Assembly: GCA_039795775.1 (NCBI GenBank)
Contig: JBDKLC010000005.1
Location: 312,638-376,637 of the forward strand
Direction of reading: 5' to 3'
DNA: 64,000 nucleotides
Source: Candidatus Parcubacteria bacterium
Lineage (GTDB): Bacteria; Patescibacteriota; Minisyncoccia; Phycocordibacterales; CAIZLB01
Shown: positions 9,164 to 18,385 of the stretch, piece by piece
Numbering within the stretch: the first letter of the stretch is position 1
Layout: every line of letters begins with the position of its first letter
Position numbers and translations under genes: made by a program
Notes under the pieces: generated by a model
What the model was told of the DNA's origin: nothing
Database searches by the model: none
What the model saw: only the letters and a program-made list of their open reading frames with translations

Positions 9164-10207
9164 CTATTTAGTTTCGATGAGGTGATATTTTCCTTCTTTG
9201 TCTTTCTTGAAGAATTTTGTGTTCTGGAGATTGACGAGGATAGTGTTTTCTTTTACGTATCGTTCTTTGAGTACTTTTTCGATAATCTGCTCTTTTGTGA
9301 GTGGACCATTCTTTTCGAGTACTTTCTTGATAACGTCTTTTACGACACCACTGAGGTAACCCCATTCTGTGAGAGCGTATAATCCTCGGCCAACGAGTAC
9401 GAATCGTTTATCTTTGATAAGTTCGTTGTGAGTTGTAGCAATGTGAGCCTTTTTATTGAAAAGCTGGTTGATGAGCTTAGCAATGTCTCGGAAGTGAATT
9501 GGAGATCCGTGTTTTCGCATAGCGAGGAATGCGTAGTCTCGAATACCCTTTGTTCGGATATTTGGAGATACTGATTTACCCCATTCACCAAGAGGGTTCT
9601 TATCGATATGTTTTGAAATTCGGAGCCATCGCTTTGCGACTTCCTCATTCCGATACTTTTCGTTTACATCCTTGAGGTGTTCGAGGAAACTCTTAATCAT
9701 TTCTGATTCTGGTACGAGATCATCGTCATCGAGGCCTTTGTAGAGTTTTCGGAGCGCTTCGTGAATCTTTTTTGAGAGTTCTGTATCTACATGCCATCGG
9801 TGTTTGAATTCACCGTCTTCTTTTTCTTTCTTAAATACGTCACTTACCACGAGCATAAAGTGAATGTGGTTCTGAACTGATTTGTCCTTAGAAAGGTGGT
9901 TGAGGAGGTCGTCTTCTGCAAGTACGGCACCGAGGTCTCGGATTACTACTTCGAGTTCTTCAAAAGCGATTTTTTCACCCTTAAAATGAGCCGATTTCCG
10001 GATATTTGCAAGAGCTGCATTTTCGATCTGTCGTACTCGTTCTCGAGTGATATTATACAACTCACCAATGGCTTCAAGAGTCATTCGTTCGTTGTCTTTA
10101 TCAAGACCGTATCGTTTTGTTACTACAAGACGTGCTCGCTCAGGAAGTGCTGAAAGCAATTTCTTTGTAACATTCTTCGGTTTGTAGGTTAGTCCTATAG
10201 TTGCCAT
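9164..10207 (-). CDS. Sigma-70 region 4-like HTH protein with long C-terminal extension
   Basis: N-terminus resembles RpoD region 4 (LEAIGELYNITRERVRQIENAAL). No regions 1-3. The remaining ~270 aa are uncharacterised. Confidence 0.65.
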   Translation of the reverse strand: MATIGLTYKPKNVTKKLLSALPERARLVVTKRYGLDKDNERMTLEAIGELYNITRERVRQIENAALANIRKSAHFKGEKIAFEELEVVIRDLGAVLAEDDLLNHLSKDKSVQNHIHFMLVVSDVFKKEKEDGEFKHRWHVDTELSKKIHEALRKLYKGLDDDDLVPESEMIKSFLEHLKDVNEKYRNEEVAKRWLRISKHIDKNPLGEWGKSVSPNIRTKGIRDYAFLAMRKHGSPIHFRDIAKLINQLFNKKAHIATTHNELIKDKRFVLVGRGLYALTEWGYLSGVVKDVIKKVLEKNGPLTKEQIIEKVLKERYVKENTILVNLQNTKFFKKDKEGKYHLIETK

Positions 10208-10283
10208 ATAAGTTATACTTTATTTTTAGCACATCCTGTTAAATACGTCAAGTTTTTGTCAATATTTGACTATTGTCTAATAC

Positions 10284-13139
10284 TTACAATCCTGGGACTA
10301 CAATATTCACCAACTTTCCTTTAACGTAGATTACTCTAGCTGGTGTCTTATCCCCTATTCGTGCCTTAATCTTGTCCATTAATAGCACCATTGATTTTAC
10401 TTCTTCCTCATCATCTGTGTGACTTACAAATGTTTCTCGTACTTTGCCGTTAATTTGAACAACAATCTTCCATGTATCTGACTGAAGTTTCTTTGGATCA
10501 AATTCTTGCCATGGCATTGTGTGGATACTCTTCTTATTTCCAAGTTCTGCCCAAATTTCTTCTGTCACATGTGGAGCAATTGGAGCGAGGAGTTGGAGAA
10601 GCACTTCGTATTCGTTTCTGTAAACTGTTTCTTCTTTCTCGAGTGCGTTGAGCAAAATCATAAGAGATGAAACTGCTGTGTTGAATCCCATCGATTCTAT
10701 ATCATCTCCCACCTTCTTGATTGTCTGATTGATGATGAGTTCAAGATGCTTTCGCGAGCCATCTGTAGGTGCTTTTTTCTTTGTAACTACGTTTTCCTCA
10801 AGATTGTAAACTCGTTCGATGAATCGTCGTGAACCAATCATGTTTGAGGTGTTCCACGCGATAGCCTGATCGAATGGTCCCATGAACATTTCGTACACTC
10901 GGAGCGTATCAGCGCCATAGAGAGCAACGAGTTCGTCAGGACTTACCGTATTTCCCTTAGATTTAGACATTTTTTCTCCGCCTTCGGCCAAGATAAGTCC
11001 ATGAGATGTTCGTTTCTGATACGGTTCTTTTGTTGGAACCACACCAATGTCATACAAGAACTTGTGCCAGAATCGAGAATACAATAAGTGGAGCGTTGTG
11101 TGTTCCATTCCTCCATTGTACCAATCGATTGGTGTCCAATACTTAAGATTTTTTTCTGAAGCGAGTGCTTTTTTATTCTTTGAATCTGCATATCGGAGAT
11201 AGTACCAACTTGAACCAGCCCACTGGGGCATAGTGTCAGTTTCTCGTTTTGCAGGTCCCTTACATGTTGGACACTTTGTATTCACCCATTTTGTAAGCGT
11301 CGCAAGTGGAGACTCACCTGTATCAGTTGGAGCAAACTCTTTGATTGTAGGAAGCTTGAGCGGTAATTCTTTTTCAGGAAGAGCTACAATTCCGCACTTT
11401 TCACATGTTACGACTGGAATTGGTTCACCCCAGTATCGCTGCCGAGAGAAAATCCAATCTCGGAGTTTGTACTTTACTACCATCTTGCCACCAACTGCCT
11501 TTGTAATGTCTTTCTTTGCTTGTTCTGATGAAATACCATCAAACTTTTGTGAGTTAAAGAGTGTTCCTTCACCCAAGAATGGCTGCTTATCAATAAACTT
11601 CGCAAACCCATATACGTGAAGTATTTCTTTTACCTCTTTTCGAGCTCGATCTACCGGAAGCCACTCGAGAACAAATTTATTCTTTTCATTTTCTTCGAGG
11701 GCAGTCTCTTTTTGTGTCAGACTATTCAATCTAATATGAACAAATGTTGTTTTTGCTTCAAATGCTTTATTTTTTGAATGAGCAAAATATCGATACGTAA
11801 ATGTTTCCTCACTCACATCAACGATTTTTGCATCTGTATATCCTGTTTCTTCTGCAAGTTCTCGGATAGCTGTCACCTGTGGCAACTCACCCTGTTCAAC
11901 AGTACCTCCAACAAAAAGTCTTCCACCAAGCTCTGGTTTCCAGTTTATTGTGAGAATATTTCCCTTTCCGTCTTCTACAATAGCGACAATTTTGTTTTTG
12001 AGCTCAAATGACTTCACACCGGCCACGTCTGGTCGTTCATGAATAGGATTAAGTACTGGCTTGAAAGGAAGATTGTATTTGAGAGCAAAGACATGGTCTC
12101 GAGCATCGTGAGCAGGTACGGCCATAACTGCTCCAGTACCATATGAAGCCAATACATAGTCTGCAATCCAAACAGGAATTTCTTCTCCGTTTACTGGGTT
12201 GATAGCAACAACGCCTTTGAGTACGACACCAGTTTTTTCTTTTCCTTCTGCAGTTCGTTCGATTTCGGCTACGCCTTTGAGAGACTCAATATATTCTTCT
12301 ACTTCAGAATAATTTGAAATATTCTTTGAAAGTTTTTTAACAAGCTCGTGCTCAGGTGCAAGTACAACATATGTCACGCCAAACAACGTATCCGCTCGTG
12401 TCGTAAATACAGTGATTGTTTCTTCTGTACCTTTTATTTTAAATGAAAGTTCTGCCCCCTCGCTTCGTCCAATCCAGTTTCGTTGCTGAATTTTGATCTT
12501 TTCAAGGTAATCGACATCGTCGAGATCTTTGTCGAGTCGATCGGCATATTTTGTAATAGCGAGGATCCACTGATTCTTGTCTTTCTTAGTTACTTCAGTA
12601 CCACATCGTTCACATTTGCCATCAATAACTTCTTCGTTAGCAAGTACGGTCTTATCTTTTGGACACCAGTTTACATGTGTCATTTTCTTGAAAGCGAGAC
12701 CTTTCTTAAACATTTGCAAAAAGATCCACTGTGTCCACTTGTAGTATTCAGGGTCTGTAGTATTCACTTCTCGTGACCAATCAAAAGAAATACCGAGTGC
12801 CTTGAGCTGTCGTCTGAAGTTATCAGTGTTTGTTTTTGTTACTTTTGCAGGTTGAATGCCTGTCTTGATAGCGTAGTTTTCTGTAGGAAGGCCGAATGCA
12901 TCCCAACCAATTGGATACAACACGTTTTCACCTTGAGCTCGTCTCTTTCGGGCTACGGCATCCATAGCGGCATAACTTCGGATATGCCCAGTGTGAAGAC
13001 CCGCTCCAGATGGGAATGGGAATTCAATGAGGCCGTAAAACTTTTTAGCTTTACTTGTGTCAGAGGCTCGGTACATCTTTTTTGTTTCCCAAACCTTCTG
13101 CCATTTCTTCTCTATTTTCTTGTGGTCGTATTTGTTCAT
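10284..13139 (-). CDS. leuS: Leucyl-tRNA synthetase with an inserted NUDIX hydrolase domain
   Basis: HIGH motif (HTGHIRSY), KMSKS, editing-domain motifs (TTRADT, GTGAVMAVPAHD). A ~150-aa insertion carries a perfect Nudix box, GGTVEQGELPQVTAIRELAEETGY. Confidence 0.9.
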   Translation of the reverse strand: MNKYDHKKIEKKWQKVWETKKMYRASDTSKAKKFYGLIEFPFPSGAGLHTGHIRSYAAMDAVARKRRAQGENVLYPIGWDAFGLPTENYAIKTGIQPAKVTKTNTDNFRRQLKALGISFDWSREVNTTDPEYYKWTQWIFLQMFKKGLAFKKMTHVNWCPKDKTVLANEEVIDGKCERCGTEVTKKDKNQWILAITKYADRLDKDLDDVDYLEKIKIQQRNWIGRSEGAELSFKIKGTEETITVFTTRADTLFGVTYVVLAPEHELVKKLSKNISNYSEVEEYIESLKGVAEIERTAEGKEKTGVVLKGVVAINPVNGEEIPVWIADYVLASYGTGAVMAVPAHDARDHVFALKYNLPFKPVLNPIHERPDVAGVKSFELKNKIVAIVEDGKGNILTINWKPELGGRLFVGGTVEQGELPQVTAIRELAEETGYTDAKIVDVSEETFTYRYFAHSKNKAFEAKTTFVHIRLNSLTQKETALEENEKNKFVLEWLPVDRARKEVKEILHVYGFAKFIDKQPFLGEGTLFNSQKFDGISSEQAKKDITKAVGGKMVVKYKLRDWIFSRQRYWGEPIPVVTCEKCGIVALPEKELPLKLPTIKEFAPTDTGESPLATLTKWVNTKCPTCKGPAKRETDTMPQWAGSSWYYLRYADSKNKKALASEKNLKYWTPIDWYNGGMEHTTLHLLYSRFWHKFLYDIGVVPTKEPYQKRTSHGLILAEGGEKMSKSKGNTVSPDELVALYGADTLRVYEMFMGPFDQAIAWNTSNMIGSRRFIERVYNLEENVVTKKKAPTDGSRKHLELIINQTIKKVGDDIESMGFNTAVSSLMILLNALEKEETVYRNEYEVLLQLLAPIAPHVTEEIWAELGNKKSIHTMPWQEFDPKKLQSDTWKIVVQINGKVRETFVSHTDDEEEVKSMVLLMDKIKARIGDKTPARVIYVKGKLVNIVVPGL

Positions 13140-13145
13140 AAATAA

Positions 13146-14222
13146 TTAGTTTGATGGATAGGGCTTTCTTTTTGTTTTTCTTCCTGCTTTTCTGAAGGCA
13201 CCTTTACCATATGTTGCCTCAATAATTCGAGCTAGTTCCAGAACTCTACCGCTAAAATAAGATTTAGTGAAGAGTCTAAATACATCTCCGGGACTATTAA
13301 ATCTATCTTTATTTTTTTCGTATAATTCCTTGTTCGCTTTTTCCAGTTCACGTCTTTCTTTTTTATACGCTCCACCCTCACGTGTATACACTTCCGCACC
13401 CGAACCAACTTGCTCACCGATGACATTATCTACCACAATTACTGGAGCACCCGCCTGGGTAGAAAATTCAGTTTGGCGTGCTTCGAGTTCTTTTTTGCGT
13501 TCAACAATGTCTTCTTCTAAACCTTTTATTGAAGTGCTTTTTACTCTCATGAACCGCAATGCCAACTCTTCTACAACAGCCTCATTTACATCAGTAAAAT
13601 AAGATTGTAACTGTTTGCCTCCACCACCATCTTCCTCATTCACCATAAACTCAAGACCAATTCTTCGGTCACCGAGTTTGATCTTATTTTTTTCAGCATC
13701 TTTGCCAACTACATGTTTACTTGCAAATCCAAATCCGTGAATGAGTTCGTGCGCTAGTACATGTGCAAATTCTATTTTACTAGTTCTTTTGATGAAATTA
13801 TTATCAATAGCAATATATTGTCCGCCGGCATCCCATATAGCGGGAGTATGTTTAAATCGTTTTCGAATGACCTCCTTTCTTTCTTCAGGATATGATGAAT
13901 TCTCAGCATCAATTATATGAATCTGCTCAGGCTTGAATTGAATTGGATGTTCGGGACCATATTCTTTCAAAAAGTCTGGCAACATATTACATACATCGAC
14001 AATAATCTCGAGTTGTTCCATCGTTTTCATGATTTCACACCCATAAAATGGTTGATGTTCGAAATCACGAGCATACCGAGCAATGACTTGCTCCTCACTT
14101 ACTGGCGCATCTTTAGGGATACCGACAACTCTTTTGATTGCCGTATTGTGATGAACCTGTTCTTGAGGTTCTACAGATACTTCAGGCTCAATTGGATTAG
14201 GAATGGGCGCACCCTCTTTCAT
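13146..14222 (-). CDS. Hypothetical protein with HEXXH zinc-metallopeptidase-like motif
   Basis: AHVLAHELIHGFGF motif with acidic residues downstream, which could make it a gluzincin. No other family signal. Confidence 0.5.
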   Translation of the reverse strand: MKEGAPIPNPIEPEVSVEPQEQVHHNTAIKRVVGIPKDAPVSEEQVIARYARDFEHQPFYGCEIMKTMEQLEIIVDVCNMLPDFLKEYGPEHPIQFKPEQIHIIDAENSSYPEERKEVIRKRFKHTPAIWDAGGQYIAIDNNFIKRTSKIEFAHVLAHELIHGFGFASKHVVGKDAEKNKIKLGDRRIGLEFMVNEEDGGGGKQLQSYFTDVNEAVVEELALRFMRVKSTSIKGLEEDIVERKKELEARQTEFSTQAGAPVIVVDNVIGEQVGSGAEVYTREGGAYKKERRELEKANKELYEKNKDRFNSPGDVFRLFTKSYFSGRVLELARIIEATYGKGAFRKAGRKTKRKPYPSN

Positions 14223-14231
14223 AGATCGGTG

Positions 14232-15242
14232 TTAGTTTTTTATTCCTGGCTGAACAGTCACAGGATATCGAACTGGGTCAATTGTTTTGGTAAAGCATAC
14301 TCGGCCAGCACCGTGCTTCCAGTTATCAGGCGAAGTGAGTTCACGTACGTCTGAAGAAAGTTGATTTTTTGCCTGTTGTCTTGTCTCTCGTGCAAATGTA
14401 GCGCATAGCTGGAATGAAGGACCAGATGTTGCTGTACTAACATTTTGTACAACACTATATTCGTAAGGTAGTTTTGTTACAGGGTCAGTTTGAATTGTAT
14501 AGTCACGGATTGAATCATTAAGATCAGCAAGTGTAGCTGGAAGTTTTCCTGACTGCTGGTATACATTCACAATTTCCCATTTGATAGTAGTCAAATCAGA
14601 AACACGCTGTTCATCCAATCTGTATTCACGCTGTGTTGATGGTGAACCAACAAGAGCAAAGCCTGTAACAATACTCGCAACGATAATAGCAGTCACCACA
14701 CCAAAGAATATCTTTCTCTTTTTTGGTTCTGAGTAGAATGTACCCTTAATGTCTGAGATGTAATACCAGAAGATAAGCCCAGCTGTAAGAAGTACAGCGA
14801 CAACTTTCAATACAAACCGTGTTGTAATTTCTCCATCAAGAAGATAGTTAAGGAGCACAATAACATCAATAGCAATTGCTACACCTGTGATAAAAAGTGT
14901 AAGGTACACCAACCATCGTCGGATAGCGTATTCTCGTTTTTCAGGATTCTGAGTAAGATCCTTGAAAATAAGTCGAGAAAGGTATAACAGCACAGGGTAT
15001 GCAACGATGATGCATGAAAGACCTGTTTTTATAGCAGAAGAAAAGCTATCAGAAGCGTATGTGTCATACAACGCTGTCTCTGGAAAAAGCTGATTGATGA
15101 CAGCAAATACAAACGAAAGGAAACCACCGGCTAGTACATACAGTGCTACAATTGCTCCGAGATTTAGGAAGAAATCTTTCGGAGTTGAATGTGACTTTGG
15201 CTTGATTTGGTTGTTTTGACCTGCCTGTACTGTGGATTCCAT
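14232..15242 (-). CDS. Polytopic membrane protein with C-terminal extracytoplasmic domain, hypothetical
   Basis: Several hydrophobic helices in the N-terminal two-thirds. Sits 9 nt downstream of the HEXXH gene on the same strand. Confidence 0.55.
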   Translation of the reverse strand: MESTVQAGQNNQIKPKSHSTPKDFFLNLGAIVALYVLAGGFLSFVFAVINQLFPETALYDTYASDSFSSAIKTGLSCIIVAYPVLLYLSRLIFKDLTQNPEKREYAIRRWLVYLTLFITGVAIAIDVIVLLNYLLDGEITTRFVLKVVAVLLTAGLIFWYYISDIKGTFYSEPKKRKIFFGVVTAIIVASIVTGFALVGSPSTQREYRLDEQRVSDLTTIKWEIVNVYQQSGKLPATLADLNDSIRDYTIQTDPVTKLPYEYSVVQNVSTATSGPSFQLCATFARETRQQAKNQLSSDVRELTSPDNWKHGAGRVCFTKTIDPVRYPVTVQPGIKN

Positions 15243-15300
15243 ATAATATGTATGTATTGAGTGATAATACCCAAATAATACAATGGAATTGGCTAAATTG

Positions 15301-15873
15301 CTATTTGATGTCTTTTCGAGCTTCTTTCATTTTTTCTGCCCAAAAAGCTACAGTTTTGATCATTGCTTTAGCACTTTCTGCATGTCGTTCATTGAATTGA
15401 TACTCCCCTTTTTCGTTAAGATGTTCCCAGTAATTTGGGAAAAGAATTTGATCGCGGATATCGAACATGTTGAGTTGTCCTGCTACTCCTCGTAAATGTT
15501 CAACGGCTCGAGCTCCACCAGCAAGTGCTCCGTAACTCACAAAGCTGATAGGCTTGAAACTCCATTCAGTATACAAATAATCAAACGCATTTTTGAGAGC
15601 AGCTGGCATAGAGTGGTTGTATTCTGGTGTCACAACTACAAATCCGTCTGCAGAGCCAACAATCTTTGACCACGCTTTTGTGTGATCTTTAGAATACTGG
15701 TTTTGACTTGCTGGTACAGGTTCATCAAGAAGTGGCAAGTTTATATCAGCGAGGTCAACAAGTTCAACTTCAATACCAGGATGGTCTTTTGCAATTGAAT
15801 AAAACCACTGAGCTGGCTGCATATTAAAACGACCTGGTCGTGTAGATCCGGCAATAATTATTATCTTTGTCAT
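15301..15873 (-). CDS. NAD(P)H-dependent FMN reductase / flavodoxin-like fold protein
   Basis: N-terminal IIIIAGSTRPGRFN motif typical of NADPH-dependent FMN reductases. Confidence 0.7.
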   Translation of the reverse strand: MTKIIIIAGSTRPGRFNMQPAQWFYSIAKDHPGIEVELVDLADINLPLLDEPVPASQNQYSKDHTKAWSKIVGSADGFVVVTPEYNHSMPAALKNAFDYLYTEWSFKPISFVSYGALAGGARAVEHLRGVAGQLNMFDIRDQILFPNYWEHLNEKGEYQFNERHAESAKAMIKTVAFWAEKMKEARKDIK

Positions 15874-15965
15874 AGTGACTAAAGTATACGCCTCAAAAAA
15901 AGCTCTGAGCCTGTGGATAAGAAATACTTTGTATCAGGCTACATATGCAAGTTGATGTAAAGAAG

Positions 15966-16571
15966 CTAGCGAGCCTTCTGCTGTGGAGTATAGTCTTGGA
16001 TAGCCACTACTTGCACTTTAAAGAGAAGTGTTGCATTAGGTGGTATAACTGACTTCCCTTTGCCATCCTTCACGCCTTGAGCTCCATAAGCCTTTTCAGG
16101 GGGTATTGTGAGGTCTTTCATTTCCCCTACTTTCATACCCAAAACACCTTCATCCCAACCTTTGATAACCATGCCAGCGCCAAGTAAAAAACCAAACGGC
16201 TTTTGTGGGTCAATATTTGAATCAAACACCGTGCCATCTTCGAGTTTTCCAACATAGTTTACAAACACGGCATCACCGTTTTTTGCTACACGAGCGTTCT
16301 TCTGTGTTGGAGCAGGTGTCGTCCGTGTAGCTGCAGTACCTTTAGCCAACGTATCTAAACGAGTATCAAGAGGGTTTTGATTCGATGCTCCTGCTTTTGC
16401 TGTAGTAGTAGCAGTTGCAGCAAGATCTTTGTTTACGAGCTCATCTACAAACGATGCTTTTTGAGAAGTTTCAACTTTTTTAATTTGAAAATTATTATAA
16501 ACATACACACCACCAATTACTACGAGAATTGCAGCGAGTGCACCTGCGATGTTTGTCATTGTTGAATTCAT
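15966..16571 (-). CDS. FKBP-type peptidyl-prolyl cis-trans isomerase, membrane-anchored
   Basis: N-terminal TM helix, then an FKBP domain (VNYVGKLEDGTVFDSN...GWDEGVLGMKVGE). Confidence 0.8.
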   Translation of the reverse strand: MNSTMTNIAGALAAILVVIGGVYVYNNFQIKKVETSQKASFVDELVNKDLAATATTTAKAGASNQNPLDTRLDTLAKGTAATRTTPAPTQKNARVAKNGDAVFVNYVGKLEDGTVFDSNIDPQKPFGFLLGAGMVIKGWDEGVLGMKVGEMKDLTIPPEKAYGAQGVKDGKGKSVIPPNATLLFKVQVVAIQDYTPQQKAR

Positions 16572-16669
16572 GTTTTGTATGATATCAAATCTAGAGTGTT
16601 TGGTGAAAAGGTGTAGACAAATCTATTTATCAGTGATATCGTATTTTCGGGAAAAGAACACCCACACAC

Positions 16670-16918
16670 ATGACAGAACAAGAACCAGTTAATATAATCA
16701 GACTCGAAAGTCGTCCCGGCGTATGCGTCGGGTATCAGGTAAACGGAGCGAACGGCACACGTTTCGTTCAACCTATCGGGGCGCCAGGATACGTCATCCC
16801 AGCACCAGAACCAGAGCCAGAACCAGTTGCACCACCTTCGCAACTCGGTCGTCCCAGCGATGGTCGCAGCAGGCGTGAAGGCCACGGAGCCCTCCAATTC
16901 CTCGGCATTCGCTATTAA
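16670..16918 (+). CDS. Small GC-rich ORF with PEPEPEP repeat (possibly a foreign islet or structured RNA instead)
   Basis: An 82-aa ORF in a local GC spike, far above the flanking sequence. No SD sequence or family signal. Confidence 0.25.
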   Translation: MTEQEPVNIIRLESRPGVCVGYQVNGANGTRFVQPIGAPGYVIPAPEPEPEPVAPPSQLGRPSDGRSRREGHGALQFLGIRY

Positions 16919-16961
16919 CGCGACTCAACATCAACCCTTAACCAAGGAAATAAATCCAAAA

Positions 16962-17003
16962 GGCGGTCCCGCGAAAACTCGCAGGACCGCCTTTCAACTT
17001 TTT
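16962..17003. terminator. Intrinsic terminator (12-bp GC hairpin + T-run), bidirectional
   Basis: GGCGGTCCCGCG-AAAACT-CGCAGGACCGCC followed by TTTCAACTTTTT. Sits at the 3' end of ychF (minus) and of the small plus-strand ORF. Confidence 0.7.
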
Positions 17004-17008
17004 ATATC

Positions 17009-18118
17009 CTAAATTTTAAACTCCATCACATCCCCATCCTTTACGATATATTCTTTTCCTTCTGTTCGTACAAGGCCTTTTTCTCGTGCTGTAGCGTATG
17101 AGCCAGCATCAATGAGATCTTTCCAGAATACGACTTCTGCTCGAATGAATTTTTCTTTGAAATCTGTGTGAATAGCAGTTCCAGCCATTGGTGCATTCCA
17201 GCCTCGCTGAATTGTCCAAGCTCGGGTTTCTACTTCACCTGTAGTGAAATATGTCTGGAGGTCGAGGAGTTCATATCCTTTTCGGATGAGGTTGTCGATA
17301 CCGTCATCTTTTGCGCCAAGTTCTTTTCGGAACATTTCTTTTTCGTCACCTTCGAGGTCTTTGAGTTCGTGTTCTACACCGGCATCTGCGATAGTCCATT
17401 TGAAGTTATTGTCTTCAAAAAACTTCATGAGTTTTGCATATCGCTCGTCCCCTTTGCCGTCATTCATTTCGTCGAGGTTTGAGCCACCAGCTTTTTTATT
17501 CAAAATATACATGATTGGCTTCATGGTAAGGAGCTGGAGATTTTTGATAGCTTCTTTATCATCGTCAGTGAGATCTGCTTGTTGAGCGAGTTTGCCAGCT
17601 TCAAGCACAGCCGCTACTTTTGTAAGAGCCGCCGCTTCTTTGATAGCCGCTTTATCGCCTCTCTTTGCATCTCGTTCTGCATTACCTAATCGCTTCGATA
17701 CAGTCTGAGCATCTGCAAGAATAAGCTCGAGGTTGATAACTTCAATATCATCTACAGGAGAAATTTTACCTGCAACGTGGATGACATTTTGATCTTCGAA
17801 AATTCGCACCACTTCTGCAATAGCATCCACTTCTCGGATATGAGAAAGGAATTGGTTACCGAGACCTTCACCTTCTGACGCGCCTTTCACAAGACCTGCA
17901 ATATCTACGAATTCGATAACAGCTGGAATTGTTTTTCCAGTATTTGAAAAGGCAGACAATTTCCAGAGTCGTTCATCAGGAACAGGCACTACACCTACAG
18001 ATGGGTCGATAGTACAAAACGGATAGTTTTCCGCTGGAACTGATTTTTTTGTAAGGGCGTTGAAAAGCGTAGACTTACCTACGTTTGGAAGGCCAACGAT
18101 ACCAATAGCGAGTTTCAT
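17009..18118 (-). CDS. ychF: Ribosome-binding ATPase YchF (Obg-like GTPase family)
   Basis: [16 protein letters not shown]-loop, NYPFCTI motif and a C-terminal TGS domain. Confidence 0.9.
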   Translation of the reverse strand: MKLAIGIVGLPNVGKSTLFNALTKKSVPAENYPFCTIDPSVGVVPVPDERLWKLSAFSNTGKTIPAVIEFVDIAGLVKGASEGEGLGNQFLSHIREVDAIAEVVRIFEDQNVIHVAGKISPVDDIEVINLELILADAQTVSKRLGNAERDAKRGDKAAIKEAAALTKVAAVLEAGKLAQQADLTDDDKEAIKNLQLLTMKPIMYILNKKAGGSNLDEMNDGKGDERYAKLMKFFEDNNFKWTIADAGVEHELKDLEGDEKEMFRKELGAKDDGIDNLIRKGYELLDLQTYFTTGEVETRAWTIQRGWNAPMAGTAIHTDFKEKFIRAEVVFWKDLIDAGSYATAREKGLVRTEGKEYIVKDGDVMEFKI

Positions 18119-18120
18119 AA

Positions 18121-18366
18121 TTATTTTTTATCAGGAGTACCCATGATGTTCTTGAGTTCAGCCTGGTGTTTCTGTACAACTTCCATAGTAGCCTTCATCT
18201 GATCCATTCCACTGTCCATCTTGAGCTTGATTTCAGCTGCGATGTTTTGGAAAAAATCTGGATTCTTTTCTACCATTGCGAATACTTTTTCTTGCTCTTC
18301 AGCTGGCACATCTTTCATTTGCCGCTTGAGCATTTGCTTCATAAGAAAATTTTTGAACATTGACAT
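18121..18366 (-). CDS. Small hypothetical protein (81 aa), immediately upstream of ychF
   Basis: ORF lying 2 nt from the ychF start. Lys- and Glu-rich helical sequence. Confidence 0.45.
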   Translation of the reverse strand: MSMFKNFLMKQMLKRQMKDVPAEEQEKVFAMVEKNPDFFQNIAAEIKLKMDSGMDQMKATMEVVQKHQAELKNIMGTPDKK

Positions 18367-18385
18367 AGGAGTCTATCCTAGCAAA

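Noticed and set aside
16568-16897. 109-aa minus-strand ORF across the GC-rich islet.
   Set aside because: It is antisense to the equally doubtful plus ORF and overlaps the FKBP start codon. Its Trp/Cys-rich composition is typical of a GC-driven spurious frame.
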